From assembly GCA_020850635.1 (NCBI GenBank), contig JADZEH010000015.1:1-62976 (forward strand): a stretch of DNA of 62,976 nucleotides, read 5' to 3'. The notes beneath the pieces were generated by a model, which was not told the origin of the DNA, did not search any database, and worked only from the letters and a program-made list of their open reading frames with translations. The first letter of the stretch is position 1; the number at the start of each line of letters is the position of its first letter. This DNA is from Candidatus Doudnabacteria bacterium. GTDB taxonomy: Bacteria; Patescibacteriota; Doudnabacteria; UBA920. The translations under genes and the position numbers were made by a program. Of this stretch, positions 55,041-62,884 are shown one piece after another.

Positions 55041-55370
55041 ATGAACGACGAAAAGTGGGAACAACTAATTGAGTCAATTCGAGACAAGTTTGAGGTTACC
55101 GACCTTCGTACGGAAGATATTGATGTTCATGGTCACACCGAAACTCATGAGACTTTGGAATTCAATAGTCCCATGGGCAGTTTGCGCATTGTGCGCGAAA
55201 CCAAACCACTCGTTTTAGACAAAAAAGAGTTCTATTCTCATCGAGCAGGGGACACCGCTCGTACCGAGTATGTAGTTTCGGACACCGAAGTCTCTCACAA
55301 ACTTCGTGTCTACAAAGAAAATGATTATGGGGAGTACACAGAGATTGACGCAAGCTCAGTAGGCTTTTAA
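55041..55370 (+). CDS. Hypothetical protein, 109 aa
   Basis: Start set at MNDEKWEQL to avoid overlap with the upstream ORF. Confidence 0.5.
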   Translation: MNDEKWEQLIESIRDKFEVTDLRTEDIDVHGHTETHETLEFNSPMGSLRIVRETKPLVLDKKEFYSHRAGDTARTEYVVSDTEVSHKLRVYKENDYGEYTEIDASSVGF

Positions 55371-55379
55371 ATATACATT

Positions 55380-56297
55380 ATGATTCAGGAACGCATTGTT
55401 TCAACAATCCGATTTTTTGACTTACAAGGATTGCCTTTGACAATGCTTGAGGTTTATAAGTATTTAGTTGTTCAGCCTCAGTTACTTAAAGAAAAATTAG
55501 ATGATTCCTACGAATTAATTTCGGAAAATCAGCCAGGGCATGTAGTTAGTTTCGACACGACTTTAGTGGCTTTAAATGATTTGGTAACAAGTGGTAGGTT
55601 GGAGCAGTCTCATGGTCATTTTTTCTTACCGGGTAAAAAGTTTCTTGTTGTTGAACGTTTGCGCAATCATGTTTACGGGATAGCCAGAGAACGTCGGATA
55701 AAAAAATGGGGTCGATATTTAAAATATATTCCATTTGTGCGTGGGGTGGGCCTGGTGGGTTCACAGGCTTTAGGGCAAGAGCGAAGTGGGAGCGATATTG
55801 ATCTATTTTTGTTTACAGACTCTAAATTTTTATGGACTGCGCGCACTTTGGTCACGGGATATTTCCAGATGCTGGGGGTACGAAGGCATGGTAAAAAAAT
55901 TACAAATCGTTTTTGCTTAAATCATTACGTCGCTGGAGCAAAAAAAATTGAACACGGTAAAAATTTATACACAGCTTTAGAGTACGTTAAACTCAGATCG
56001 CTAACTTCAAGTTCATTAGTTAGTGAATTCAAAAATCAAAACTTATGGATTTACACGTTCTTTCCTAACGCTTTTCGGATCAATTCGTTTGCGGTGTTGG
56101 GTTCTGAAAGGTCAAATTTTCAAAAATTTTCTGAATACCTCTTTACTAATTCTTTGGGTGAATGGTTTGAACGGATTCTCTCGCAAGTGCAAATGAAACG
56201 AATTAGGCAAGAAAAATATATAGTAGTTGAGCCAGACGAACTTTCCTTCCACCCTCAAAGTAAGGAAGCTGAATTACTTCAAGCATACTTTAAATAA
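55380..56297 (+). CDS. Pol-beta-superfamily nucleotidyltransferase-domain protein
   Basis: GSQALGQERSGSDIDLFLF matches the GS...DxD motif. Confidence 0.6.
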   Translation: MIQERIVSTIRFFDLQGLPLTMLEVYKYLVVQPQLLKEKLDDSYELISENQPGHVVSFDTTLVALNDLVTSGRLEQSHGHFFLPGKKFLVVERLRNHVYGIARERRIKKWGRYLKYIPFVRGVGLVGSQALGQERSGSDIDLFLFTDSKFLWTARTLVTGYFQMLGVRRHGKKITNRFCLNHYVAGAKKIEHGKNLYTALEYVKLRSLTSSSLVSEFKNQNLWIYTFFPNAFRINSFAVLGSERSNFQKFSEYLFTNSLGEWFERILSQVQMKRIRQEKYIVVEPDELSFHPQSKEAELLQAYFK

Positions 56298-56305
56298 ACC
56301 GCCAG

Positions 56306-57043
56306 TTAGGCGGTTTTTTTGAACTCTAGTAAGAGGAGTAGAGGGTAGCGGTAAAGTTGGTACTGGAGATTAAACTTAGGGCTATCTGTGTCAGATCGAA
56401 TTTCCACAAAGTTAGTTAGAGCAAAGTTGTTTTTTGTGACTGAGTTAATGTGATCTTCAAGGCTGTAATAGCGCGAAGTCGGAGTACTGGCATTCCAACT
56501 TGGCAACAGCTCTTGTGAGTTATATGGGAGCGGTCGTAAAAATAGTTGAGGTTTACGAAATAGTAATCTATCTATTAGAGAGCGTTTCCAAATCCCAAAC
56601 GGGTACGTGTTCATCGGATTAGGAATTGTTACAAGTAGTTGCCCGTTTGGCTTTAGAACCGTTTCGAGATTTTTGTAAGCTTCTTCTAGTTTAGATAAAT
56701 CGGTAGCAGCCATATTGAGAATTATCGTGTTGAAAGATTCGGGAGTGTATGGTAGCGGACTTTGAAGGTTTGCAACCGAAAATTTTACATTTGGATATTG
56801 TACTTTAGCGTGTTCTATAAGAGTTACTGCGCTGTCGCACCCTTCAATGAACGGATATTTTTCACTGAGTTTTTTGGTTAACCAGCCTGAACCACAAGCC
56901 GCGTCTAAAATTTTCAGGTCATTGTTCTTTTCTAATTTTTGTTCTAGAGCTTTAGACAAAACATCTTGTTGAATTTGGCCATTTTCAGAGTTCAGGAAAT
57001 GTAAGTATTCGGCTGTGGTTTGCTTGTCGTTGTAAGGATTCAT
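56306..57043 (-). CDS. Class I SAM-dependent methyltransferase
   Basis: Motif I ILDAACGSGWLT. Confidence 0.8.
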   Translation of the reverse strand: MNPYNDKQTTAEYLHFLNSENGQIQQDVLSKALEQKLEKNNDLKILDAACGSGWLTKKLSEKYPFIEGCDSAVTLIEHAKVQYPNVKFSVANLQSPLPYTPESFNTIILNMAATDLSKLEEAYKNLETVLKPNGQLLVTIPNPMNTYPFGIWKRSLIDRLLFRKPQLFLRPLPYNSQELLPSWNASTPTSRYYSLEDHINSVTKNNFALTNFVEIRSDTDSPKFNLQYQLYRYPLLLLLEFKKTA

Positions 57044-57083
57044 AGCTGGATTATACCAGATTCGCCAATCTTTAAATATGCGC

Positions 57084-57112
57084 TTGCATCTTGTAATTTT
57101 CAGGCGTACGAT
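57084..57112 (+). promoter_or_regulatory. Putative promoter of cassette H
   Basis: TTGCAT, 17 nt, TACGAT. Confidence 0.4.
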
Positions 57113-57154
57113 TTAGTTAAGTTCGGTGTCCCAATCTCGCGGAGGAGGTGAGTC

Positions 57155-57676
57155 ATGACAGGTCTTAAACTTTGGATGCTCTTGCTATTCCTCCATGGCA
57201 CAAATGGAGTTGAATACTACGTCAAGAATGATGGGGAACAGGAAGTCAAGATTTTCTTCAAAGACTTTTCTCTGTTGCCCGAAGGAATTATGCATGAAGG
57301 TATCTCGTTCTCCGATATCATCAGAGCAAATCGGTTTGGCCCTAAGTGGCTTGATCAGACAGAGCATAGTGAGCTGTTTGTCGAAATTTGTAGAGAACTT
57401 GAGGGCGAGAGCATTACCAGCCTACGTCTCGATCATTGCGCTACCAATTCGGTAACTCTCCGGGTTATTCCTTCTTTCGACGGAGAAGAAGACAGTCCGC
57501 AAATGGAGCGGTATCTCAATGACCTCTCGCTAAGAGTTATTCGAGTGGTCGAGACGCATTTTAAGATAAAGTGTAGTCCCACGACAGAAGAGGACGAAAA
57601 GTGGTTTAGTGATGAACTTCTGCCCCCTGCGCCTGTGCTGCCTCCCGAGGGATGGCAGCCTTTTTTATTGTCTTGA
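57155..57676 (+). CDS. Hypothetical protein, 173 aa (G+C-rich cassette H)
   Basis: GGAGGAGGTGA lies 4 nt upstream of the ATG. Possible signal-like N-terminus MTGLKLWMLLLFLHGTNG. No family recognised. Confidence 0.6.
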   Translation: MTGLKLWMLLLFLHGTNGVEYYVKNDGEQEVKIFFKDFSLLPEGIMHEGISFSDIIRANRFGPKWLDQTEHSELFVEICRELEGESITSLRLDHCATNSVTLRVIPSFDGEEDSPQMERYLNDLSLRVIRVVETHFKIKCSPTTEEDEKWFSDELLPPAPVLPPEGWQPFLLS

Positions 57677-57701
57677 CATCGCCCGCCATCTTCCATAAAA
57701 T
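57673..57701 (+). promoter_or_regulatory. groESL promoter
   Basis: TTGACA (57673-57678), 17 nt, TAAAAT (57696-57701). The TGA stop of cassette H (57674-57676) lies inside the -35 hexamer. Confidence 0.65.
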
Positions 57702-57705
57702 AGTG

Positions 57706-57732
57706 TTAGCAGTCACTCGGTGAGAGTGCTAA
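57706..57732 (+). promoter_or_regulatory. CIRCE operator of groESL
   Basis: TTAGCAGTC-ACTCGGTGA-GAGTGCTAA, one mismatch to the consensus, placed just after the -10. Confidence 0.88.
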
Positions 57733-57770
57733 AACATTCAAAAAGTACTAGAAATTAAAGAAAGGATATT

Positions 57771-58073
57771 ATGAACGTACGACCTTTAGGCAATCGAATT
57801 TTAGTGAAACAGTTATCTGCTGAAGAAGTTACCAAAAGCGGAATTATCTTAGCTCAAACTTCGGACAAACAAGAGAAGAGTCAGTATGAAATAGTTCAGC
57901 TCGGTAACGGTTCGGCGGTGGGTGAGTTAAATTTAAAAGTTGGCGATAAAGTTATCGCTGGTAAGTATAGTGGTGATGACGTTGATGTAGATGACGACAC
58001 AGACGCAAAGTATAAAATTTTGTATGTTGGTAAAGAAAAAGATGAATCAGATGTTTTAGCAGTAATAGAGTAA
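57771..58073 (+). CDS. groES: Co-chaperonin GroES
   Basis: RPLGNRILVK... with a mobile loop. Upstream of groEL. Confidence 0.95.
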   Translation: MNVRPLGNRILVKQLSAEEVTKSGIILAQTSDKQEKSQYEIVQLGNGSAVGELNLKVGDKVIAGKYSGDDVDVDDDTDAKYKILYVGKEKDESDVLAVIE

Positions 58074-58091
58074 CGAAAGGATTAAAATATT

Positions 58092-59753
58092 ATGAGCAAA
58101 ATTATAAAAAAAGGATTTGAAGCCAAGAAAGCCATTAAAGCGGGAGTTGATATTGCCGCCGATGTGGTAAAAGTGACCCTTGGTCCTACAGGCAAAGCCG
58201 TTATTTTAGACAAAGGTTATGGTAGTCCGATCGTTTCAGACGATGGTGTAACCGTGGCCAAAGAAATTGAACTTGAAGACAAGTTTGAAAACGTCGGCGC
58301 ATCTTTAATTCAAGAAGTCGCCAACAAGACGAATGACGAAGCAGGGGACGGTACAACAACCGCCACTGTTTTAGCGCAGAAAATGATCGAAAAAGGTTTG
58401 GAAGCGGTGAGTATTAATTCTGCTCGTGCTACCGATATCAAAAAGGGTATGGACAAGGCTGCGGCTTTCGTGGTTGAAGAGCTTGGTAAAGTAAAGAAAG
58501 AAGTTACTGGCAAAGCCGAAATAGAACAAGTCGCAACCATTGCTTCTCTCGATGCTGAAGTTGGTAAACTCATTGCTGAAGCTATGGAAGAAGTCGGTAA
58601 CGACGGTGTCATTACCGTGGAAGAAGGTCAGACCATTGGTATCGAAAAAGAAGTCGTCAAAGGGATGCGCTTTGATAAGGGATTTGTCTCGGCATACATG
58701 GTGACTAACGCTGATCGCATGGAAGCGGTCTGGGAAGACCCATATATTTTAATCACCGACAAAAAAGTTTCGGTGGTGCAAGAAGTGTTACCAATTCTAG
58801 AGAAGATTGCCCAGAGTGGTAAAAAAGAATTGGTGATTATTGCCGATGATGTCGACGGTGAAGCTTTAACCACTTTTGTTTTAAACAAGCTTCGTGGGAC
58901 GTTTAGCGTTTTGGCTGTAAAAGCTCCGGGGTTTGGCGATCGTCGAAAAGAGATGCTCGGTGATATCGCCGTGTTAACTGGTGGCCAAGTTATTACCGAA
59001 GACTTGGGTTTGAAACTCGATAAGACTGAATTAGACCAGTTGGGACGTGCTCGTAAAGTTATTGCTACTAAAGAACACACTACTATTGTAGATGGCCAGG
59101 GCGACAAGGGTGCTATTGATGCACGAGTGGCTCAGCTTCGTAGTGAACAACATGAATCTAACTCAGATTTTGACAAAGAGAAGTTGCAAGAGCGTATTGC
59201 TCGTTTGGCTGGTGGTGTTGGTGTCATCAAAGTTGGGGCGTTTACCGAAACTGAGATGAAAGCTAAGAAGTTTAAGATTGAAGATGCTTTAAACGCAACT
59301 CGTGCCGCCACCCAAGAGGGTATTGTTGCTGGTGGTGGTGCGGCGCTAGCTCGCATTGCTCCCAAGCTCGACAGCTTTGGGGCAGACTTCAATGATGCCG
59401 AGCGTTTAGGCGTGAAAGCCGTTCGTGATTCGTTAGAAGCTCCGCTACGTCAGATTGCGTTGAACAGTGGCGTTGAAGTAACTGGAATTTTGCACGCGAT
59501 TCAAACTCACGAAAATTCTAATTGGGGTTTTGACTTCGGCAAGTTCACCGAAAAGAATTGGGAAGATGGTATGGTTGATATGATTGCCGTGGGAATTGTT
59601 GACCCGGTCAAAGTTACTCGATTAGCTTTAGAGAATGCGGTGTCGATTGCTTCAACTCTCATTACCACAGAAGCCATAATTGTCGACAAGCCAGAGCCAA
59701 AGACTCCAGCTCCAAGCATGCCTGATATGGGCATGGGCGGCATGGGCTTCTAA
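58092..59753 (+). CDS. groEL: Chaperonin GroEL
   Basis: [11 protein letters not shown] and a C-terminal GMGGMGF tail. Confidence 0.98.
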   Translation: MSKIIKKGFEAKKAIKAGVDIAADVVKVTLGPTGKAVILDKGYGSPIVSDDGVTVAKEIELEDKFENVGASLIQEVANKTNDEAGDGTTTATVLAQKMIEKGLEAVSINSARATDIKKGMDKAAAFVVEELGKVKKEVTGKAEIEQVATIASLDAEVGKLIAEAMEEVGNDGVITVEEGQTIGIEKEVVKGMRFDKGFVSAYMVTNADRMEAVWEDPYILITDKKVSVVQEVLPILEKIAQSGKKELVIIADDVDGEALTTFVLNKLRGTFSVLAVKAPGFGDRRKEMLGDIAVLTGGQVITEDLGLKLDKTELDQLGRARKVIATKEHTTIVDGQGDKGAIDARVAQLRSEQHESNSDFDKEKLQERIARLAGGVGVIKVGAFTETEMKAKKFKIEDALNATRAATQEGIVAGGGAALARIAPKLDSFGADFNDAERLGVKAVRDSLEAPLRQIALNSGVEVTGILHAIQTHENSNWGFDFGKFTEKNWEDGMVDMIAVGIVDPVKVTRLALENAVSIASTLITTEAIIVDKPEPKTPAPSMPDMGMGGMGF

Positions 59754-59894
59754 TAAATTTAAATATTTGGCCAATTTCGTTGTCAGAAATCTCCGCCGGA
59801 TTTCGTCGTAGTTTAACTACGCCTTCAATCCTTGCTCGCTTTCTTCCTAGAAATCGTCTCAAATCTTTAAATTTATTTGTGTGATTATCTAAAA

Positions 59895-59916
59895 ATGCCT
59901 CAAAAGGGGCATTTTT
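59895..59916 (+). terminator. Intrinsic terminator after groEL
   Basis: ATGCCTC-aaaa-GGGGCAT followed by TTTTT. Confidence 0.65.
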
Positions 59917-59934
59917 GGTATCTGCTCTAGGGGC

Positions 59935-59963
59935 TTGACAGATTGGCCATAATAGTGTATACT
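59935..59963 (+). promoter_or_regulatory. Near-consensus promoter of ncRNA candidate 2
   Basis: TTGACA, 17 nt, TATACT. Shares the 14-mer AATAGTGTATACTG with the promoter at 30760. Confidence 0.55.
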
Positions 59964-59969
59964 GCCAAA

Positions 59970-60131
59970 TCGTCTTAAAACGATATTTTATTTCTCGGTA
60001 TTAACGAGAGATTTCGGGCTCCTGATTTCGGTTACTCGGATTGGGGGCACCAACAAGGTCGCGGCCTGACAAGAGCAATATATATTTGGCTCTCTGTATC
60101 AGATCACCGTGGCTTTTTTGGTGCCATTTTT
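59970..60131 (+). ncRNA. Unassigned structured small RNA candidate 2 (about 160 nt)
   Basis: No ORF. Two short 5' hairpins, then an irregular hairpin of about 80 nt (GGCACCAA...TTGGTGCC, 60047-60125) followed by ATTTTT. rpmF has its own promoter downstream (TTGACT, 17 nt, TATACT at 60148-60176). Confidence 0.4.
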
Positions 60132-60210
60132 CTAAATACTGGTCATGATTGACTAAGTAGGTCAAATTATGTATACTTATAGCACTTTATATTAACTTTA
60201 AGATAAATTC

Positions 60211-60381
60211 ATGGGTGTTCCAAAGAAGCATAAAACCCGTTCTGGTCGCGATCAGCGCCGAAGTCACCACGCTTTAAAAGGTGTGTCACTTGCAACTTGC
60301 AGTAATTGTGGATCTGCTACCATGCCCCACATGCCATGTAAAAATTGCGGCTACTACAAAGGTAAAAAAGTCACTAAGTAA
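60211..60381 (+). CDS. rpmF: 50S ribosomal protein L32
   Basis: MGVPKKHKTRSGRDQRRSHHAL...CSNCG...CKNCGYYKGK. 56 aa, below the ORF-track cutoff. Confidence 0.9.
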   Translation: MGVPKKHKTRSGRDQRRSHHALKGVSLATCSNCGSATMPHMPCKNCGYYKGKKVTK

Positions 60382-60422
60382 TTTTAGTGTCTTTTTATTT
60401 TAGTTACTATTTTTGATAAACA

Positions 60423-60854
60423 ATGGCAAACCGACATCTTGCTAGAACAATTGCAATGCAGTCCTTATTCGAATGGGACTTTAACAACCAGGGTACCGAA
60501 CTTGCTTCGATACTCGATCATAACGTTGAGCAATTTGGTCCTGGTTTAGATGATACCGAATTTGCTAAGAGCTTAACTCTGGGTGTGGCAGAACACATGG
60601 ATGAAATAAACAAAATAATTGTAGATACTGCTCCGGAATGGCCACTTGATCAGATTACTGTGGTTGATCGCAACGTCCTCCGACTTGGTATATACGAACT
60701 CATGTTTTTGAAAGATGTTCCACCAAAAGTCGCTATCAATGAAGCGGTGGAGATAGGGAAGGCTTTTGGGGGAGAGAACTCTGGTAAATTTATCAACGGC
60801 GTCCTCGGTACTTTATACAAAAAATTAGAACCTAATTTGGATAACGAAACCTAA
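60423..60854 (+). CDS. nusB: Transcription antitermination factor NusB
   Basis: [17 protein letters not shown]... and [26 protein letters not shown]. Confidence 0.92.
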   Translation: MANRHLARTIAMQSLFEWDFNNQGTELASILDHNVEQFGPGLDDTEFAKSLTLGVAEHMDEINKIIVDTAPEWPLDQITVVDRNVLRLGIYELMFLKDVPPKVAINEAVEIGKAFGGENSGKFINGVLGTLYKKLEPNLDNET

Positions 60855-60858
60855 GTCT

Positions 60859-60926
60859 AGGCGGTTTGTGTTGTTAAGAAAACCATCGGAGCGAAGCGAC
60901 TGGTTTTAGTACAACACAAACCGCCT
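60859..60926 (+). repeat. Structured intergenic repeat, copy 3
   Basis: Outer stem AGGCGGTTTGTGTTG/CAACACAAACCGCCT encloses the conserved core. Lies directly 3' of nusB. Confidence 0.8.
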
Positions 60927-61009
60927 GTTTATTATTGGCAACTTAGTTTTTTTAAAAAGTATGCTATACTGTGTACTAGCACTAAGATAATTCATACTAT
61001 ATATAGCAT

Positions 61010-61312
61010 ATGAACAAATCTGAACTAACCGAACATCTTGCTGCTCGACTTTCTATCACTCACAGTGAGGCCGAGCGCATGCTCAATACATTGATAAATT
61101 TAGTCTACGAAACCCTTCGTAACGGCGATAAAGTAAATATCTCTGGGTTTGGTCAGTTTAGTGTGTCACATCGACATGCTCGCATTGGTGTTAATCCTCG
61201 AAATCCTTCTCAGAAAATTGAAATTCCTGAACTTAATACACCAAAGTTCAAAGCTGGTGAAGCCTTTAAGGATGCGATTAAGTTACGAAAAGAAAGTCCA
61301 CCTCAAGCATAA
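61010..61312 (+). CDS. hup: Nucleoid-associated DNA-binding protein HU
   Basis: MNKSELTEHLA...GFGQFSV...R.GVNPRNP...P.FKAG. Confidence 0.93.
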   Translation: MNKSELTEHLAARLSITHSEAERMLNTLINLVYETLRNGDKVNISGFGQFSVSHRHARIGVNPRNPSQKIEIPELNTPKFKAGEAFKDAIKLRKESPPQA

Positions 61313-61324
61313 TCGTATAAATTT

Positions 61325-61352
61325 AAAACCCGCCAACTGGCGGGTTTTCTTT
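61325..61352. terminator. Intrinsic terminator between hup and tRNA-Pro
   Basis: AACCCGCC-aact-GGCGGGTT followed by TTCTTTT. Confidence 0.75.
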
Positions 61353-61426
61353 TGGTCGGGGTGCAGGGAATTGAACCCTGTCTACCTGGTCCCAAACCAG
61401 GCGTACTACCGGTATACGACACCCCG
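61353..61426 (-). tRNA. tRNA-Pro (anticodon UGG)
   Basis: Hand-drawn cloverleaf: acceptor CGGGGTG/CACCCCG, anticodon arm CCTGG-TTTGGGA-CCAGG, T arm CAGGG-TTCAATT-CCCTG, encoded CCA. Confidence 0.93.
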
Positions 61427-61535
61427 AGATAAAATATACTTAGATAACTCAAATAGTATACGATAATTTCTGTAATCTTTCAACCCTAGCCAAAAGCCAT
61501 GATAATTGGTAAACTGAGGTCTGAATTAACTATAT

Positions 61536-61609
61536 GCGGCTATCGTATAGTGGTAATACTCCTGCCTTCCAAGCAGGCGAGAGGGGTTCGATTCCCCTTA
61601 GCCGCTCCA
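61536..61609 (+). tRNA. tRNA-Gly (anticodon UCC)
   Basis: Hand-drawn cloverleaf: acceptor GCGGCTA/TAGCCGC, anticodon arm CCTGC-CTTCCAA-GCAGG, T arm AGGGG-TTCGATT-CCCCT, encoded CCA. Confidence 0.93.
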
Positions 61610-61747
61610 GAGAAATGATCTCATCGATAGATGAGGTTATTTCTCTGGAATAGACAATAGAGAATCGAACCTTCTTTGTATTCGATTCCGACCTTCAATA
61701 ATATGAATTGTACAGCAATTCATAGAGGAAGTGCCGACGTAAGTCGG

Positions 61748-61800
61748 CCCCTTAGCCGCTCCAAAGAAAAGACCTCATATAGATGAGGTCTTTTCTTTGG
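61748..61800 (+). repeat. Direct repeat of the tRNA-Gly 3' end plus its terminator hairpin
   Basis: CCCCTTAGCCGCTCCA at 61748-61763 is identical to 61594-61609. The hairpin that follows is similar to 61610-61648. Confidence 0.8.
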
Positions 61801-61854
61801 AATATGTGGTATAATAAATACAGATAAATAGTTGGTCAAGAAATAAAAACAATT

Positions 61855-62727
61855 ATGAGAATAAATTTGTTATCGGTAAAAAATAGGTACAGGGTTTCTT
61901 CCGTAGTTGCAGTTTCTTTGTCATTAATGTTAGTAACTGGCTCTGGAGCTTACGCTGCTTTAACTTTTACTAACGATGACATCACGAGCGACGAGGATAT
62001 TGCTATTACTGGTGTAGCTAATACTGCTGATTCCGTGTATATCCATGCGAATGGGGGAACAAGCGAAACTATTCGGGTGCACGCGGATCAGGGGACTGGG
62101 GTTGCCTCAATCAATCTTTTGTCGGATGTTGGTGGTTTAAACTTGCAATCTGGGCTGGCTTCCGCAGATGCAATCAATATTAACGCCTCCAATGCTTCTG
62201 GCGGGATTGATATTGATGCAGGCGATAGCGGTATAACCATGAACGCTGTAGGTGGTAATATCTCAATTGGCGACGTAAATACTAACGGTGATATAAATAT
62301 TGGCGCAATATCTGGGTCTCGATCGATAAATCTGGGTGGTTCTGGTACAACTGAAATTTTATTAACATCTGCAGATAGTGCATATATTCGTATGCAAACA
62401 CCATTGTTGGTGTTCCATGGTAATACTCCAACAGCGTCTCAGAGCGCTGGCACGCCTACAATTGACGCCAATTCAAGTAATGTAGTAGGTAGAGTTGTCA
62501 CTGATACCACTGCTCACACATCAGTAACTATTACTTTTACTCGTCCGCTTGAGGACCCTATATGCGTGTTTTCTCCAGGAGACGCTGAGGCAGCTGCGAT
62601 TATGGGCTCTCCTACAAGTGCCTATGCCACGTTTTCTCTAACTGATTTCACTATTAATCACGCCTCTGATAATACTTCTGCAACTTGGTTATACCATTGC
62701 TTCGGTCGCTACACACCATTAGAGTAA
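61855..62727 (+). CDS. Secreted repetitive (beta-helix-like) protein, 290 aa
   Basis: Signal peptide ending AYA. G/N/I/D/S-rich short repeats (INASNASGGIDIDAGDSGITMNAVGGNISIGDVNTNGDINIG). Confidence 0.7.
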   Translation: MRINLLSVKNRYRVSSVVAVSLSLMLVTGSGAYAALTFTNDDITSDEDIAITGVANTADSVYIHANGGTSETIRVHADQGTGVASINLLSDVGGLNLQSGLASADAININASNASGGIDIDAGDSGITMNAVGGNISIGDVNTNGDINIGAISGSRSINLGGSGTTEILLTSADSAYIRMQTPLLVFHGNTPTASQSAGTPTIDANSSNVVGRVVTDTTAHTSVTITFTRPLEDPICVFSPGDAEAAAIMGSPTSAYATFSLTDFTINHASDNTSATWLYHCFGRYTPLE

Positions 62728-62884
62728 TTTATTTTTGGTAGGAGTGCAGTGAATTGAACTTTATAAGTTGTTGGATTACGAACCTTAATAAAATAGGTTT
62801 ATCCACTAGCCTGGACATAAACTTTTGTGGTATACTTATTTTACGTTTCGAACAAATTGATACAAAATTATTAAAAAGTTTTAT

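Noticed and set aside
59662-59862. 66-aa minus-strand ORF overlapping the groEL 3' end
   Set aside because: It overlaps the end of groEL, has no SD, and lies within the inverted-repeat-flanked spacer.
62736-62765. Sequence resembling the 3' end of tRNA-Pro (TGGTAGGAGTGCAGTGAATTGAAC versus TGGTCGGGGTGCAGGGAATTGAAC at 61353)
   Set aside because: No complementary acceptor 5' strand or T-stem partner can be found, so it is not a tRNA gene. It also lies on the wrong side (5') of tRNA-Pro for a classical attL/attR pair. It could be a decayed fragment, but the evidence is thin.
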